A stretch of DNA of 64,000 bases. It comes from Anolis carolinensis (taxonomy: Eukaryota). Positions 13,819 through 26,505 of this stretch are shown in pieces. Positions within the stretch are counted from its first letter, which is position 1. Each line of letters begins with the position of its first letter. The stretch lies in assembly GCF_035594765.1 (NCBI RefSeq), contig NC_085841.1, positions 173,833,574-173,897,573 on the forward strand, read 5' to 3'. Made by a program: the position numbers and the translations under genes. The notes beneath the pieces are model-generated. The model saw nothing but the letters and a program-made list of their open reading frames with translations. It was not told the DNA's origin and ran no database searches.

Positions 13819-13957
13819 GGCCCCTTCCACACAGCTGTATGAAATTCACATTGAACTGGATTATATTGCAGTGTGAACTCAGATAACCCAGTTCAAAGCA
13901 GAAATTGTGGATTATCTGCCTTGATATTCTGGGTTATATAGCTGTGTGGAAGGGCCC
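13819..13957. mobile_element. Harbinger-like palindromic MITE
   Basis: ggccccttccacac...gtgtggaagggccc flanked by taa/tga. Confidence 0.85.
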
Positions 13958-15983
13958 TGAGTCTCCACTGTCAGATAATCTAAGATAAGAAGATAATCTG
14001 GGATATAGGGGCAGTGTGGAGGGGGCCAGAGATAGTTGGAGTGGCATCTCAAAGGTTAAATGGAACATGTGTTGTGAAAACTGAATGGATATTCAATCAA
14101 GGAAAAAGGTAGAAGTAACTGGGGATATGTTGCTGAAAACCTTTGCTAACAATGTACCTATTTGTTTATTTAGGAAAGCTAATTTTCAAAGGCGCCATGC
14201 TTCCCATTTGAAGCCACACCTCTCAACTCCACACAGGAGTCCCCCAAGCTATCTGAAAATGTTACAAAAGGACGTTGCTGAATGAGTAGGAATGGGAAGT
14301 CCCTGAAAATCAGATAGAGGAATCATCCACTGAGGGGCTTTATTCTAAACATTGAGACATTTCCCAGTCATAGGACACTCTTTTCAAGCATGGAAAGGCA
14401 AGGAGCTCATCACATGAGTTAAACTACTACTGGCTGTTATACATAGCCCTCTGTGGTTGAAAAGAGGCAGAAATGTCCTGAAAGGCGGGAACTCCAGCAA
14501 TCCACCTCCTCACATTGAGAAATGTCCCCCTGGTAGTAAACTTCAGCCTCTTTTCAAGCATGGGGAGACAGATGTTCCAGGGATGAAAAGAGGCAGAAAT
14601 GTCCTGAAAGGTAGGAACTCTGAACACGGGCCAGAAATCATGTTCAGAGCTCCTATCGCTTATCACACTTTACTCCCATGCTTACAACTGAAAAACAGGT
14701 GGTATGGGAACCATGAAATGTTTCTAGTCCTGTTTCATTGTCCAACTGTCAGGAGTCTTTTGTATCCTATGGGGTTTGATGCAGAACCATAGGATCCCAT
14801 GGAAAGAAATCATTTTAACCTGGATCACTATCTCTTGTGTCCTATGGGGTTTGGAGCAGAACCATTGGACCTCATGGAAAGAAGTGGTTTTAAACTGGTG
14901 TCATTCCCGTTTAATGTAAGGGGCTTGGACTGGGCAAAGGGTATCTTTGTTTTCAGATACGGTTATGTCTCCTGATTCTTAAAAAAAGTACTACTGACAT
15001 TGTGATGAATGTAAGATGAATGTACTGCCAGCTCTTAGGTTTCCACGTGTGAGTGTGATGGGGAGGCAGAACTCGAAAGGGGACTGCTGACGATATAAGA
15101 GGGGTGATTCTCTACTCTTTAAGGAATGGTCACCCATGCTTTCTCCTCCTAATGTGATGAGGTAGTAGGTTGACATATATGACATGCATCTTAAGAAACT
15201 ATTAATTGGTGGAATAAAACTAGCCAGACATATGCAATCCCAAAGTTTAAAAAACTTCTAAGATTTCAGCACTTCCTGTGGTGGTTTCCTTAAAAGATAC
15301 TGAACAAATAACAGGCAGGATGCAGTTAATCTGCGGTTTTTTCCCAACAAAATGTAATATAGGTCACTACCATAGATTGCTTTTAAAAGCAGATTCATTC
15401 AGTGAAGACACATTCGGTGAGGATATCATTAATAGTTTCACATCATGCAAGCTTTATAGTGCTTCCATATCTGAAGCACTATAGCTAGCAAATCCTCTTG
15501 CTTGAGAAAGCTAGTGGGAACATCAAATATACACTTGCTGCATTTGTGGGTTGTTTTGCTTGCCTGCATGGTATCTGGTTGACCTAGGTGGATATAGAAA
15601 CCTGACCTGGTCAGACCTTTGGTCTCAACTACCATGGCTCTTCTTCTGTTCTTAAAATGGTCATGCATCTGTAACACATTCATCTCTAAAATCTGTTGGA
15701 GGACATAAAACAGCATGTAAGATCTGTATTTCACAGCATATTATGATATTGCAATAGCCATGTGTATAAAGAAATGAATTTTTAAAATGGAAATAAGGAA
15801 TAGAAGCCATATATTCCACCTGGATTCCTAAAACCTTAGTACAGAATGGGAGTGTTTTTACTGTTATTATGATGGGTGCTATGGACCATAAGCAAATAAC
15901 TTATTGTCCATATGGGAACCAATATTATTCTACAACTATATGAAAAAGTAAAATGCCACAATCGTTCTAAAGAATTAAAGGTA

Positions 15984-16535
15984 CAGTAGAGTTCCGGTTA
16001 ACCGACTTCCGGTTAACCGACACTCCGTATTATCTGACGTCCCAGGCCCCTTGGGAGGCGCTCATGCACGTTGCTAGGTAGCTTGCTATCTACCTAGCAA
16101 AGCGCACAGGCACCTCCCAAGAGACAGGACGGCGAGCAGAGAAGCGCCCGTGCGCATTACTAGGTAGATAGCAAGCTACCTAGCAACGTGCACAGGCGCT
16201 TCGCTAAGCCGAGTGCTCGTTGCTCTGCCCCTTGGGAGGCGCCTGTGCGCGTTGCTAGGTAGGTAGCAAGCTACGGTGAGCACTCGGCTTAGCGAAGCGC
16301 CTGTGCGCGTTGCTAGGTAGCTTGTTATCTACCTAGCAACGCGCTGGGCACCTCCCAAGAGGCAGAGCAGAAGTGCTCCTGCACGTTGCTAGGTAGCTTG
16401 CTATCTACCTAGTAACGTGCACGGGACACTTCCTTCAACCAGCTTGCTGGATAATAGGGCCTCCCTATTATCCGTCAGATCCAGTTATTCGACATTCGGC
16501 CCGCCCGTTTATGTTGAATAACTGGGACTCTACTG
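15984..16535. mobile_element. Tc1/mariner MITE with an internal array of GC-rich hairpins
   Basis: TA|CAGTAGAGTTCC...GGGACTCTACTG|TA; five internal copies of GTTGCTAGGTAG-loop-CTACCTAGCAAC (one truncated). Confidence 0.85.
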
Positions 16536-16865
16536 TATTGATAAAAATTGGACTATGGTGCTTGTTTAATGCTAATCATACCACACAATTATATGCTTAA
16601 ACACCCTGAAATGATGTCTTTATACATTTCATGAAATATTATGCTATGTATGTCTACTGGACAGAGTGCTGGAGACAACCTGGAGAAATCATATAGTACC
16701 TAATGTCTCTTTAGGTGGGATATATTGATATTGCCAACTTTCAGTTAAATGAAAACAGTTTTGACACATGGCATATGAAATATATAAATAAATGCATGAA
16801 TGCACTAATTTACATACCCTCATGATACCAGTGAAAGTGTTTCATTGCAGTTCACTACACTATAA

Positions 16866-17060
16866 CTTGTTGTGTGCCATTAAGTAATTTTTGACCTATG
16901 TTGACCTTAACAGTGACCTCATCACAAGGTTTTCTTGGCAGAATTTGTACAGCAGGGTTTTGTGTTCTTCTGAGGCTGAGAGAGTATGATTTGTCCAAGC
17001 TCACTCAGTGAGTTTCCATGCTTTCCAGGAATTGTCCAATGCTAAAGCCACTATACCGTC
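16866..17060 (-). mobile_element. Old tRNA/CORE-type SINE with RTE-like tail
   Basis: ttgttgtgtgcc...gaggctgagagagtatgatttgtccaag...; related copies at 28533-28680 and 33607-34147. Confidence 0.65.
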
Positions 17061-17179
17061 TTACACTAAAATTACTATAGTAAAAATATTAGCTACAAGT
17101 GCAAACAGTGTTAAAGGCCACCAATGTGTGAGTGTATGGGTGACCAATAGTCTAAAATAATGTAAAACTGGTACTTTTC

Positions 17180-17478
17180 GATTTGTGAAGCCTGAGGATG
17201 TCGACAGGATCTTTGGAGAGTTGAGAGCAACCACATGTGTTCTAGATCCTTGTTCTTCTGGTTTATCAAACAGGACAGAGGCGAATGGGCGGAGAGGGAG
17301 AAGGGTGTTGCCAGCGCCTCCTAGAACAAGGCAGAATTCCAATTTGACTAAAGGAGAATGCTGTGAGGTCTCTGTTTAAAAAGTCCATACCCCACCCCTT
17401 TAAAATAGACAAATATCAGCTAGTGTCCATTTAAAGTATTGGAGCATGTAGTAGACTCTCAACTCCAAAGGTTTCTTA
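17180..17478 (+). mobile_element. Degenerate L2 LINE ORF2 fragment
   Basis: PEDVDRIFGELRATTCVLDPC and LEHVVDSQLQRFL match L2 RT-region motifs. Confidence 0.7.
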
Positions 17479-17642
17479 ATGAGAAACTGGGAAAGATAGC
17501 TAATACTCCAGAAGACAGGATCAGAATTCAAAATGACCTTAAAAGATTAGGAAACTGCGCCAAAACTAATAAAATTAATTTCAATAGGGAGACATGTAGG
17601 ATACTAGACTTAAGCAGAAAAAATGAAAGACACACATACAAG
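17479..17642 (+). mobile_element. CR1 LINE ORF2 fragment
   Basis: KLGKIANTPEDRIRIQNDLKRL...NKINFNRETCRIL, homologous to the CR1 copy at 58410-58560. Confidence 0.85.
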
Positions 17643-18439
17643 AAACAACCACAAAACTTCAAACTGAGCAATGACAGTTTTTTTTCAAATTCCCTCCAGA
17701 TCAGGGGACCAACCAGCAATAGTGGCAGTCGGTTTGCATCAACCAACCAGCACATGGATTTTGGCAGCCACAGCCGAAGCCAATTAGCACCTGGAGTGGA
17801 AAAAGTCCATTGTTTTGAACTTCTGTCAAACTCCTATAAAGTTTCTGTATATTCCCATTGCCTTTGTCAGAATGAATGAATTGTTTATTGTACCACACAT
17901 CAAATAATATATAACCTTTAAAAGTACAAAAAGGACTTTCCAATATAAACATTAAAACCTATTCCATATACTGGCTCTTTAAAATTACAGTAGCAGTGAT
18001 GTGATAACAATACAATGTCTGATTTGTAGCATCCCAAACTATCTCCATTTCCATTTCTAGCCTCTGCTTAGACTAATTTAGCTCTGGTTTTTTTTTTTTT
18101 GGGCTGCAACTGCAAATGTGGCAACCCTTAATGTTATATTTTTGGAATAATCTGCTAACAGGTCTCAAATAATTGCTGACTCTTGCCCTTGCCTTATATC
18201 AGTTTTGAGAGTGCAGACTCTCCTGTATCCACTTTGGCTGACGTGAATAAAGCCTCTGTTCCTTTGCCATCAACCCTTCTGTGTCTCATTCGATATTTGG
18301 AGGTAGGCATGTCAGGCCCTGAACCTGTGATTTTTGTAGAGTTGAAATCATATAACACTATCATAAGTGTGGATTGTGGGGATATGAGAGAGAACATTCT
18401 CAGTGGATGTCCCTGGATTTTGGCAATCCCTTCCCAGAA

Positions 18440-18745
18440 AGGCTGGAATCCCCCTTCTCTGTTGTCTTTCTGATGGCAGACTAAAATCCTTTTATTCAGG
18501 CAGTTTTTAAAAAGCAGATAATTTTGAAGAACTAGCTTGGAATGTTGTAAAGCCCTAATAATTTGATTGTGTTTTATTTGTTTTAAGTGATTACGATTTA
18601 TTTTGATAATTGTAGGTTTAATTCTGTTTTAATATGTATATATTTTTGCTTTTAAATTGTCTTCTTTTTAATATTGTGATCCACGTTGTGTCTTGATCAA
18701 GAGAGAAAACTAAGGTATAAATATGAAAATAGTAGTAATAATAAT
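18440..18745 (+). mobile_element. L2 LINE 3' end
   Basis: Similar to 7620-7790 (ttgtctttctg...aaaatc...ttcaggcag); ends in an AAT-rich tail. Confidence 0.55.
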
Positions 18746-19589
18746 ATCTGCTTTCGTTAAATGCTTCAGAAGAAAAGAAAAGAAAGAGAGGGAGAAAGAA
18801 AGATGCTAGTCCTTTAAACATTTCCATACTGTGAGCCTGTTATAACTGCAAATAGATTAAAGTCATGTTTAAAGTTATACCTTTAAATAACTACAAATAA
18901 CTGTTTTACGTGAGTTGCCTGGGGTACATCAGTAGCCCCCTAAATGATCAAAAGCAATAGCTTCAGGCAAGGTCCAAAACCACCTGCTTATACAAAAGAT
19001 TTATATGAGGCAGCTGATATTCTACATTTGCATTGATCTCTCTTTAAACATTGCAATAGAATCAGTATCCAAATGCTGTTAAAATAATCTTTTGTCTCCC
19101 TTAAAAGATGAAGAACAGAGATTTCAATAGCAATGTATTATTTCTGCATCCCTGTCTTTTCCACACCTCCACCCCCTTTGCTTCCTCATCCTAGATTCCC
19201 TACATCTTCCTTTCCAAAAAAAAAATTCAGTTACCTGCGAGTCCTTCCTGTTTAGTGGAAAATTAATTCAACAAGCAATGGAGGGATTAGGGTCAAAGTG
19301 ATCACATCTCCAAATTGAGCAGCATGTTATTTTGAAGACATACCTTCCTGGGCATGCTTAGGGATCTAGAAGCCTGCTGATCAAATCACAATATGCATGG
19401 CATACAAAGAAAGCTAAATCTCCATAGGTCTCCTTAGTGATAGGAGGCATCTTACCTTATTTGGAATATGATTGTATATGAGAAAATCACATGACTCAAT
19501 GCAAGGAAAGGATGTGATGTGCAAGATGTGGCCCAGAATATTTTAGTGTTGATAATAATCTCTCCGCGAGGGGACTTTTTTTGCCTTTT

Positions 19590-19752
19590 CGTGCCTATCT
19601 ATTTACCCCCATTTGCATATTTTCGAACTGCTAGGTTGGCAGGAGCTAGGGTTAACAGCAGGAGCTCACTCTGTCCTACAGATTCAAAAGGCCAACCTTC
19701 AGGTCAGCAGTTCAGCAGCACAAGGGTTTAACCTATTGCGCTACTGTGGCCC
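19590..19752 (-). mobile_element. Sauria SINE, 5' half
   Basis: catttgcatattttcgaactgctaggttggcaggagct...ggtttaacc; homologous to 24480-24640. Confidence 0.8.
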
Positions 19753-19812
19753 CTTTCAAGGGAGATTAACTGTTCCCAAAGAAATATCTGTATTCCTCTT
19801 GTGATTACCGAG

Positions 19813-20740
19813 TGTTACACCTCAAGACTACAGAGACACCGTAAAACCACACTGGAGCCCCAAGCTACAAGTAATGCAAACTGTTTATTAAAGATAATAT
19901 GTAAGCATTAGCAAATCAAAGTTCAAAGTCACTAAAACAAGGCTATAGTCCACAAGGTATGACACACTTAGAAATCTTGAGGCAAGGATCCATAGAAATC
20001 CAAACAGAAGAATAAACTTCAATCAAGGTAGTCAAAATTAGTCTAAGGAACAGGGTCATGAACTGGAACAAAGAACAGGAACATGAACTGGAACAGCAAG
20101 GCTTTTAGGAACATGACATGATAATCCAAAATACCCAGGAACAGGAACAAGAACTGAAACAAGGCTCGAGGTACAAGGCTTACAGGAACAAGGCATGAAA
20201 ACCCACAGGAACAAAGCATGAAAGTCCAAAGGAATCAAGAGTCCATGAAGCAGGATCAGACCTCTCGATGAGCAAAGTTATCACCTCTGATCTCACTCTC
20301 AGAAGCGGTTCTTCTTAAAGCTAGAATCAAGGCCCCTTTCCATGGGAAGTTTCTTCAAAACCTTTTCTCATCAGTAACCATTTGCTCCTTCTCAAAACCT
20401 CCCTTTCTTTTCTTTGTTGACATATTGCTTTCTTTCTGTCAACCTCATTAATCTTATCAAGACTGAAACTCCCATCTGCCAAGGGATAACTTGACCTTGA
20501 CTCTCCCAAGGAAGGCAGTTCAAGCTGCTTGCTTGAAACCATTGTATGCCTGCTCCCAGAATCCTCAGGAACAGCAGACTCATCTAACTCTGGCTGTACA
20601 GAATCATCTATCTCTGGCTGTATGGGAATCCTAGGCCCAACCCAGATTCATCTGACAGGTCAGGTGCAGGTACAATCACAGGCTGAACAGGCTCAACCCC
20701 AGGCTCACCTGATAGCTCAGATACAGGCTGGAATACAACA
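19813..20740 (-). mobile_element. Gypsy-type solo LTR
   Basis: TG...CA ends, 5-bp TSD ccgag/tcgag, minus-strand AATAAA near 19885, U3 reading frame with one frameshift. Confidence 0.85.
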
Positions 20741-21063
20741 TCGAGCCTTTTTCAACACAACTATGAAAGCATTTGACACAGGTTTTTTTGTTTTTCGTGG
20801 TACCTCTATCTCTGAGTATCATGTTCGTGTTGATACTCTGTTATTACAGGATAGAATGTTGGCCCATGTTACACAGATTATACCGAGAAATGCCTCCTTC
20901 ATTGTGTCGTTGCAAAATAGCAATGATAACAGTAATAAAAATAACAATATAATTGCTTAATTAATTTTTTAAAATATTGTTATGAAACACCACACACACA
21001 CAAATAACAATGTTAAACTATATAAAACACACGTATGGGATGATATATGCCTTAATACATTTT

Positions 21064-21121
21064 AGGTAAAGGTAAAGGTTAAGGTTTTTCCCTGACGTTA
21101 AATCTACTTGTATCCGACTCT
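21064..21121 (-). mobile_element. Sauria SINE 3' tail fragment
   Basis: ggtaaaggtaaagg...ccctgacgttaa...tccgactct, the (ACCTTT)n tail on the minus strand. Confidence 0.8.
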
Positions 21122-21482
21122 TTCTGTTATTTAATTTTTTAGATTATTTTAATTTTTGTATATTTTTTAAAAAGGAAAGAGATACAGCAGTAGAGTGAGG
21201 CTGTGTGGAGGGAAAACATTGTTTTGGTTATTTTATTTTGTGTGTTTTGGGGGAAGTTTAATTGGGGGATTTGAGCTGTACCTTTTTGAACATTTAATAA
21301 ACATTGTAAAAAGGAAAGGAAAGCAAGGAGAGGGAAAGGGATATTAGTCAGCTAGAGAACTCACTCTTCAATCTTCAAATTGGATTAAGTCTAAGCTAAT
21401 TAAGAAGTAAAAAATTACCTTCAATTGAGGATGTTCCCAGTGTATTCTCTTCTTTTAAATTGATTTATTATCTCAATTTTTA

Positions 21483-21740
21483 TTGTGTCAGAAGCAAATT
21501 GAGAATATACTGCAAGTTGCTTCTGGTGTGAGAGAATCGGCCATCTACAGAGACATTGCCCAGGGGATGCCCGGATGTGTTACCATTCTGTGGGAGGCTT
21601 TTCTCATGTCCCCGCATAGAAGCTGGGACTGACAGATGGGAGCTCACCACATCTTGCGGATTTGAAGAGCTGACCTTCAGATCTTCTGGTCAGCAGTTCA
21701 TCCTGCACAAGGGTTTAACCTATTGTGCTACCACGGTTCC
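21483..21740 (-). mobile_element. Anolis SINE2-type tRNA-derived SINE
   Basis: Homologous to 59660-59944 and 61703-61945 (gcttctggtgtgagagaa...ttgcccaggggatgcccgg). Confidence 0.8.
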
Positions 21741-22114
21741 TATCCATGGGAAAGTGGTTTTCCTTGGGTTGGTGGGGGGAGATTCATCTTAAAAATTAAT
21801 GTAGATTCTGCAAAGAGGCTAAGATAGCACCTAAGTCACTGTCTTGTCTGTGACCGCTACTCCATTCTAGACTCGCAGATCACTAAAATAAATATTGGGT
21901 CATGTAGATAGTTCTTCACATCCAGTTATGCCTGAAAGGAGTAAACAGCTGATTTTGAAGTCACAAGACCAGTCTTTCTCTACAAATTGCTTCTCTTTTA
22001 CATACATTCAGAGAGAAATGTTCATTCCAAGCCATGTTCCCAAAGTCCTAGCCTTCTGTTTTGATTTTAGCTCCAACATGATCACATAACGAGTCTCCTT
22101 GTGGAGAGAAAAAC

Positions 22115-22185
22115 AGAAGAAGAAGAAGATGAAGATGAAGAAGAAGAAGAAGAAGAAGAAGAAGAAGAAGAAGAAGAAGAAGAAG
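22115..22185. repeat. (GAA)n microsatellite
   Basis: Long GAA run with a few GAT variants. Confidence 0.95.
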
Positions 22186-22375
22186 AGAGCCATGATAGAT
22201 CAAATTCAATATTCTGGTCCGATATCGTTCAAACAGATGATTTGTTTATACTCATGAATAGAATGTGTGTTACCTATGTGATATTGACAGCTAAACTCTT
22301 TCTGACACTGGATAAATGTGTAACCATTTCACAAAGCAGCCACACCAAATTATTTCCATTGTTGTCTCTGTAGAC

Positions 22376-22775
22376 CGTGGTTCTCAACCTGCAGGTCCCC
22401 AGGTGTTTTGGTCTACAACTCCCAACAGGGCCATAGCTAGAAGAGGGGAGGGGGTTGAAACTTTTTAGCGAATCATGAATCGTAGTTCCATAATGCAAAA
22501 TAATGTAGAAATCAGGCTCCATCGATAAACTTCAGTGGCCACTCAAGACAGATAAACTTCAGTGGACACTCATGGGGATTTGGTTAATCAGGTTTTTTTA
22601 ACTGGGTAAACCAGTTAAAAAAACCCTGAAAATTTGGGGGGGGGGGTTGAACCCCTACCCCCCCCCCCTTGGCTACAGTCCTGACTCCCAGAAATCCCAG
22701 CCAATTTACCAGCTGTTAGGATTTATGGGAGTTGAAGGCCAAAACATCTGGGGATCCACAGGTTGAGAACCACTG
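22376..22775. mobile_element. hAT MITE (family of 69-203) split by a nested insertion
   Basis: Both halves present; TSD ctgtagac/ctgtagat. Confidence 0.85.
22426..22683. mobile_element. Nested hAT MITE
   Basis: TIRs cagggccatagc / gctacagtcctg; 8-bp TSD actcccaa/actcccag. Confidence 0.8.
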
Positions 22776-24311
22776 CTGTAGATGATGGGCCATCATTTAC
22801 TTTTTCAGAGTATCCTATAACCTGAAGAAGTAGCATTGCAGGATGCCAAGCTTCTAATGAAGGAAGTGATAAGAAAGATCTCATTGTCTAAACAGGATCC
22901 AGTCACCTCTTTCTGATCCAATTTCACCACTGCATGGAAACTAGTCCGGAAGCCAGTGTTAGAGTTGCTACTATCATCAATTTCAATGTAGTGGAGTTTC
23001 TAGAGAGTATTCTTTTTTACATGTCGAGCTTAATTTTCCTCTAAAGTCTGAAATAATAAGGATAACATAGTGTTCATCTATAGCCAGGCAGCTGTACGTT
23101 TGTCAATAGATTGGATATTCTGACCGCCTCTCTCCCTCTCCACTCTCTGCCTCCACACATACACACACATACACACACCTCACTACAGACCTGCTAGAAA
23201 AGCTTTTTGGCTCATGAAGAGCATGAAATAGAACTCCGAGAAGAATCCTAAAGGATAAACCTGAAACAGAAATTGATCATTTTTTCTTCTCCCCTGTGGC
23301 CACATGCACAATAGAACCCTTTTAAAGTGACCTTATTGTCAAAGAAATTTACCCTTTAATAGGAAAAAAATCGACATTCTTGTGCTCCTCATTTATTCCT
23401 CATCCGTAACTTCCATGGTTGAAAAAAAAAAAAGATTTCTCACTTTTGAAAAAGACAGAAGGTATTTCTAATAAAAGGATAGGACGTCCCCACAATTATG
23501 TGTGTTGTGCATAGCCTAGGAAAAAATGTTTACAATGTCTGGGGAAGGGGAAAAAAAGCCACAGCCAACCTCAGGGCCTGAAAGCCCCTTTAAAGATGTC
23601 ATCTTTCTCTCCAAGGTGCTGAGCCAAAGTCAATAAAAGACCTCTCTTTGAGAATAAAATGCAAAAAGTCAAAACAGTTTTTCCCCATTTCATTTTAGAT
23701 AGCTTTTCATTGTGTTGTGCCTATTGCCCCCTATTTCAATGTCTTTTGTTCCTCTATCAGCTGTCAGCATGGAGGCATTACATTAATGAAAAGAAAATTG
23801 CTGGAAGCATAATACCCAGGAGCTTTTTGAGAGGAAAAAAATTAAATGACAATATTCATAAAAATATACATAAGATCTGTCTTCAGGACAGGATAGTAGA
23901 ACAACTCTCTAGGTTACAACTTGTGTCTCAAGAGATTTAAGACAATTTCATCCCTCCCTCTCCCCCCCCCCCCGCCCCAATGTTGGCCAAACTCAAATAG
24001 GGACATGGCAAGCTAAGGCGTTTGAAGCCGTTTTCAGTCATCCTGCTCTGGGGATTATTCCTCTCTTTCTGTTGGGGAGGGACTTCAGTGCCTGTGCTTT
24101 ACTTCTTATATTAATGCCCCACCAACTGCAAGTAGAGTAGCAATTTACTTTGTATAGTTCTACTGTTAAGATTACATCTTGGATTTTATGTTGTGGAGAT
24201 TAGTGGGGATGAGGGTTCTTAATCAATAACAATAACCGAGTTGGTTTCCTCACAGTAAAGCATAGAAAATTGGGGGCAGGGAAATTATTCATATGATACA
24301 AATCAGTATAA

Positions 24312-24642
24312 AAAAGTAATGGTTTTCTCCTGACATTTAAGTCCAGTCATGTACGACTCTGGAGATTGGTGCTCATTTCCATTTCTAAGCCGAAGAGCCG
24401 GCGTTGTCCGTAGACACCTCCAAGGTTATGTGGCTGGCATGACTACATGGAGCGTTGTTACCTTCCTGCCGAAGTGGTACCTGTTGATCTACTCACACTT
24501 GCATGTTTTTGGACTGCTAGGTTGGCAGAAGCTGGGGCTAACAGTGGGAACTCACCCCGCTCCTCAAATTCGAACTGCCAGACTTTTGGTCAGCAAGTTC
24601 AGCAGCTCAGTTGTTTAAGCTGTTTCTCCACCAAGGGCTCAC
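24312..24642 (-). mobile_element. Sauria SINE, near full length
   Basis: Characteristic body (ctaagccgaagagccggcgttgtccgtagacacctccaagg); TSD aaatcagtata at 24301-24311 and 24643-24653. Confidence 0.9.
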
Positions 24643-24846
24643 AAATCAGTATAGAATGGTAGATAACTGAGATATGGGATCAAATTTCTGTTCAGTTAGG
24701 GCTCTTACTTGTCTGGTCAAAAGTTTTCACACAGAAGGGGAAAATATGCTCCATTGGGAGTAATTGTAGAAAATGGTACAGTAACTGCCATTGCTGTTGT
24801 GGTGTTCCTTCAATTTCAGACTTATGGTGACTCTAAGGGCGCTTCC

Positions 24847-25680
24847 TGTTCCGTCCCCCAGAGGTTTGATTTGCATTGTTCCATAGTTGTAGGAAATAGC
24901 ACCTTTTTTTTTTTTGCATTTCTTTCAGGGTTGCTACAGGCTCAGCAGGACCCTGATAGTTGATTATTAACAGAGGTTTGTAACCAGCCTGCAAAGCCTT
25001 TGCTGCTTTCAGCTTGCAAAAGTATCCTTTTGTTCTTGAGACCACCCCTTTTTCCTGGGGATGAAATCTCCATTTTGAGAAGCCCTTTTTGCCTTTTTTC
25101 TGAAGAGAAAAGAACTCAGATCTGCTTGTGTGGTCAAGCCAGGCCAGGTCAGACAAGCCATCGTAAGTACTAACCTCTTGCCTTTAAAACTGGTTCTGAG
25201 TTTAGATAGAAAAAGACCTGCTCTTTCTAAAAATAGTAACTCAGCACTGGGGCAGAAAGTATCCCAGGATTTTTCTGCCATTGGAAGAAGCTCTAACTAC
25301 TTCGTCTCCAAACTAATTTTGAGTTTGGATAGGGAAAGACCAGCTCTTTCTGATATAGCAACTCAGGGTTAGGGCAAAGAGCATCTCAGGATCTCTTCAC
25401 CTTTGGAGGAAGTTAACCCAGCAGCTAAAAGGAAAAACAAAAAGGAACATCTGCATGATTTTATAAGTTGATTTTATAAGTTTTATAAGTATTTGTAACC
25501 TCAACAACTTGTGCCAAGCCTATTAAGAACTTTCAGAAAATAAAAATTTTGTTTGATGTTCGATTTGGAGTGGCTTTAGCGGCTGGGACTCCTGAGTTTC
25601 AACGTAAGGCCCCCGCAATTCACCCGGCAAAGAAAGGAGCACATCTTAATTTACCACAGGTGTCCGGGTGTGATGGCACA
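24847..25680 (+). mobile_element. Solo LTR (BEL/Pao- or Gypsy-type)
   Basis: TGTTCCGTC...GATGGCACA ends, exact 5-bp TSD cttcc, AATAAA near 25539, internal ~55-bp direct repeat. Confidence 0.85.
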
Positions 25681-25736
25681 CTTCCAGACAGGAGTTAAAC
25701 CTGCATCAAAGCTTTTTAATAGCTGATTTTAATTTT

Positions 25737-26225
25737 TGTTGCTGTTTATTCATTCAGTCGCTTCTGACTCTTCATTACCTCATGGACCAGTCTACACCAG
25801 AGCTCCCTGTTGGCCGTCACCACCCCCAGCTCCTTCAAGGTCAAGCCAGTCACTTCAAGGATACCATCCATTCACCTTGCCCTTGGTCGGCTCCTCTTCC
25901 TTTTCCCTTCCATTTTCCCCAGCATCATTCTCTTCTTCAAGCTTTCCTGTCTTCTCATTATGTGGCCGAAGTACTTCATCTTTGCCTCTAATATCCTTCC
26001 CGCAGTCTGGCATTATTTTCTGGGGTATGGACTGGTTGGATCATCTTGCGGTCCAAGGCACCCTTAGCATTTTCCTCCAACACCACAGTTCAAAAGCGTC
26101 TATCTTCCTTCACTCAGCCTTCCTTATGGTCCAGCTCTTGCATCCATAGGTTATTATGGGGAATGTCATTGCTTTAACTATGCAGACCTTCGTTTCCAGT
26201 GTGATGTCTCTACTCTTCAATATTT
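25737..26225 (-). mobile_element. BovB (RTE clade) LINE, 5'-truncated 3' end
   Basis: Typical BovB 3' sequence (ctccaacaccacagttcaaaagc; aagtacttcatctttgcc; cagtcg...gactct) with a simple-repeat tail. Confidence 0.9.
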
Positions 26226-26505
26226 TAATGTGTTCTAATTTTTATTTTTAATGTTTTACATTTATGTATATGGTATCGGTTGTTCTTTGTATTGCATTGA
26301 ATATTGCCCTCTTGGAAGCTGCTCTGAGTCCCCTTGAGGGTGAGAAAAGTGAGGTATAAGTAAGTAAGTAAATAAATAAGTTCCCACAAGCCCCCCCCAA
26401 AAAACCTAGGCTTTCCTGGGGAGTGTGGCTACATGTCATTCCAATTACTTACTGGGATGGCATGCAGTCACCCCTAAGCCCGCCAAAAGAATATCTAAAA
26501 AGTTT

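Noticed and set aside
15140-15240. let-7 precursor gene
   Set aside because: Match stops at nt 15 and there is no complementary star arm.
16050-16432. CRISPR-like array of palindromic repeats
   Set aside because: Eukaryotic context, units in both orientations, intervening sequences are themselves repeats, no cas genes, and it lies inside mariner TIRs.
22800-23047. Possible minus-strand exon
   Set aside because: Stops in all three frames after the acceptor.
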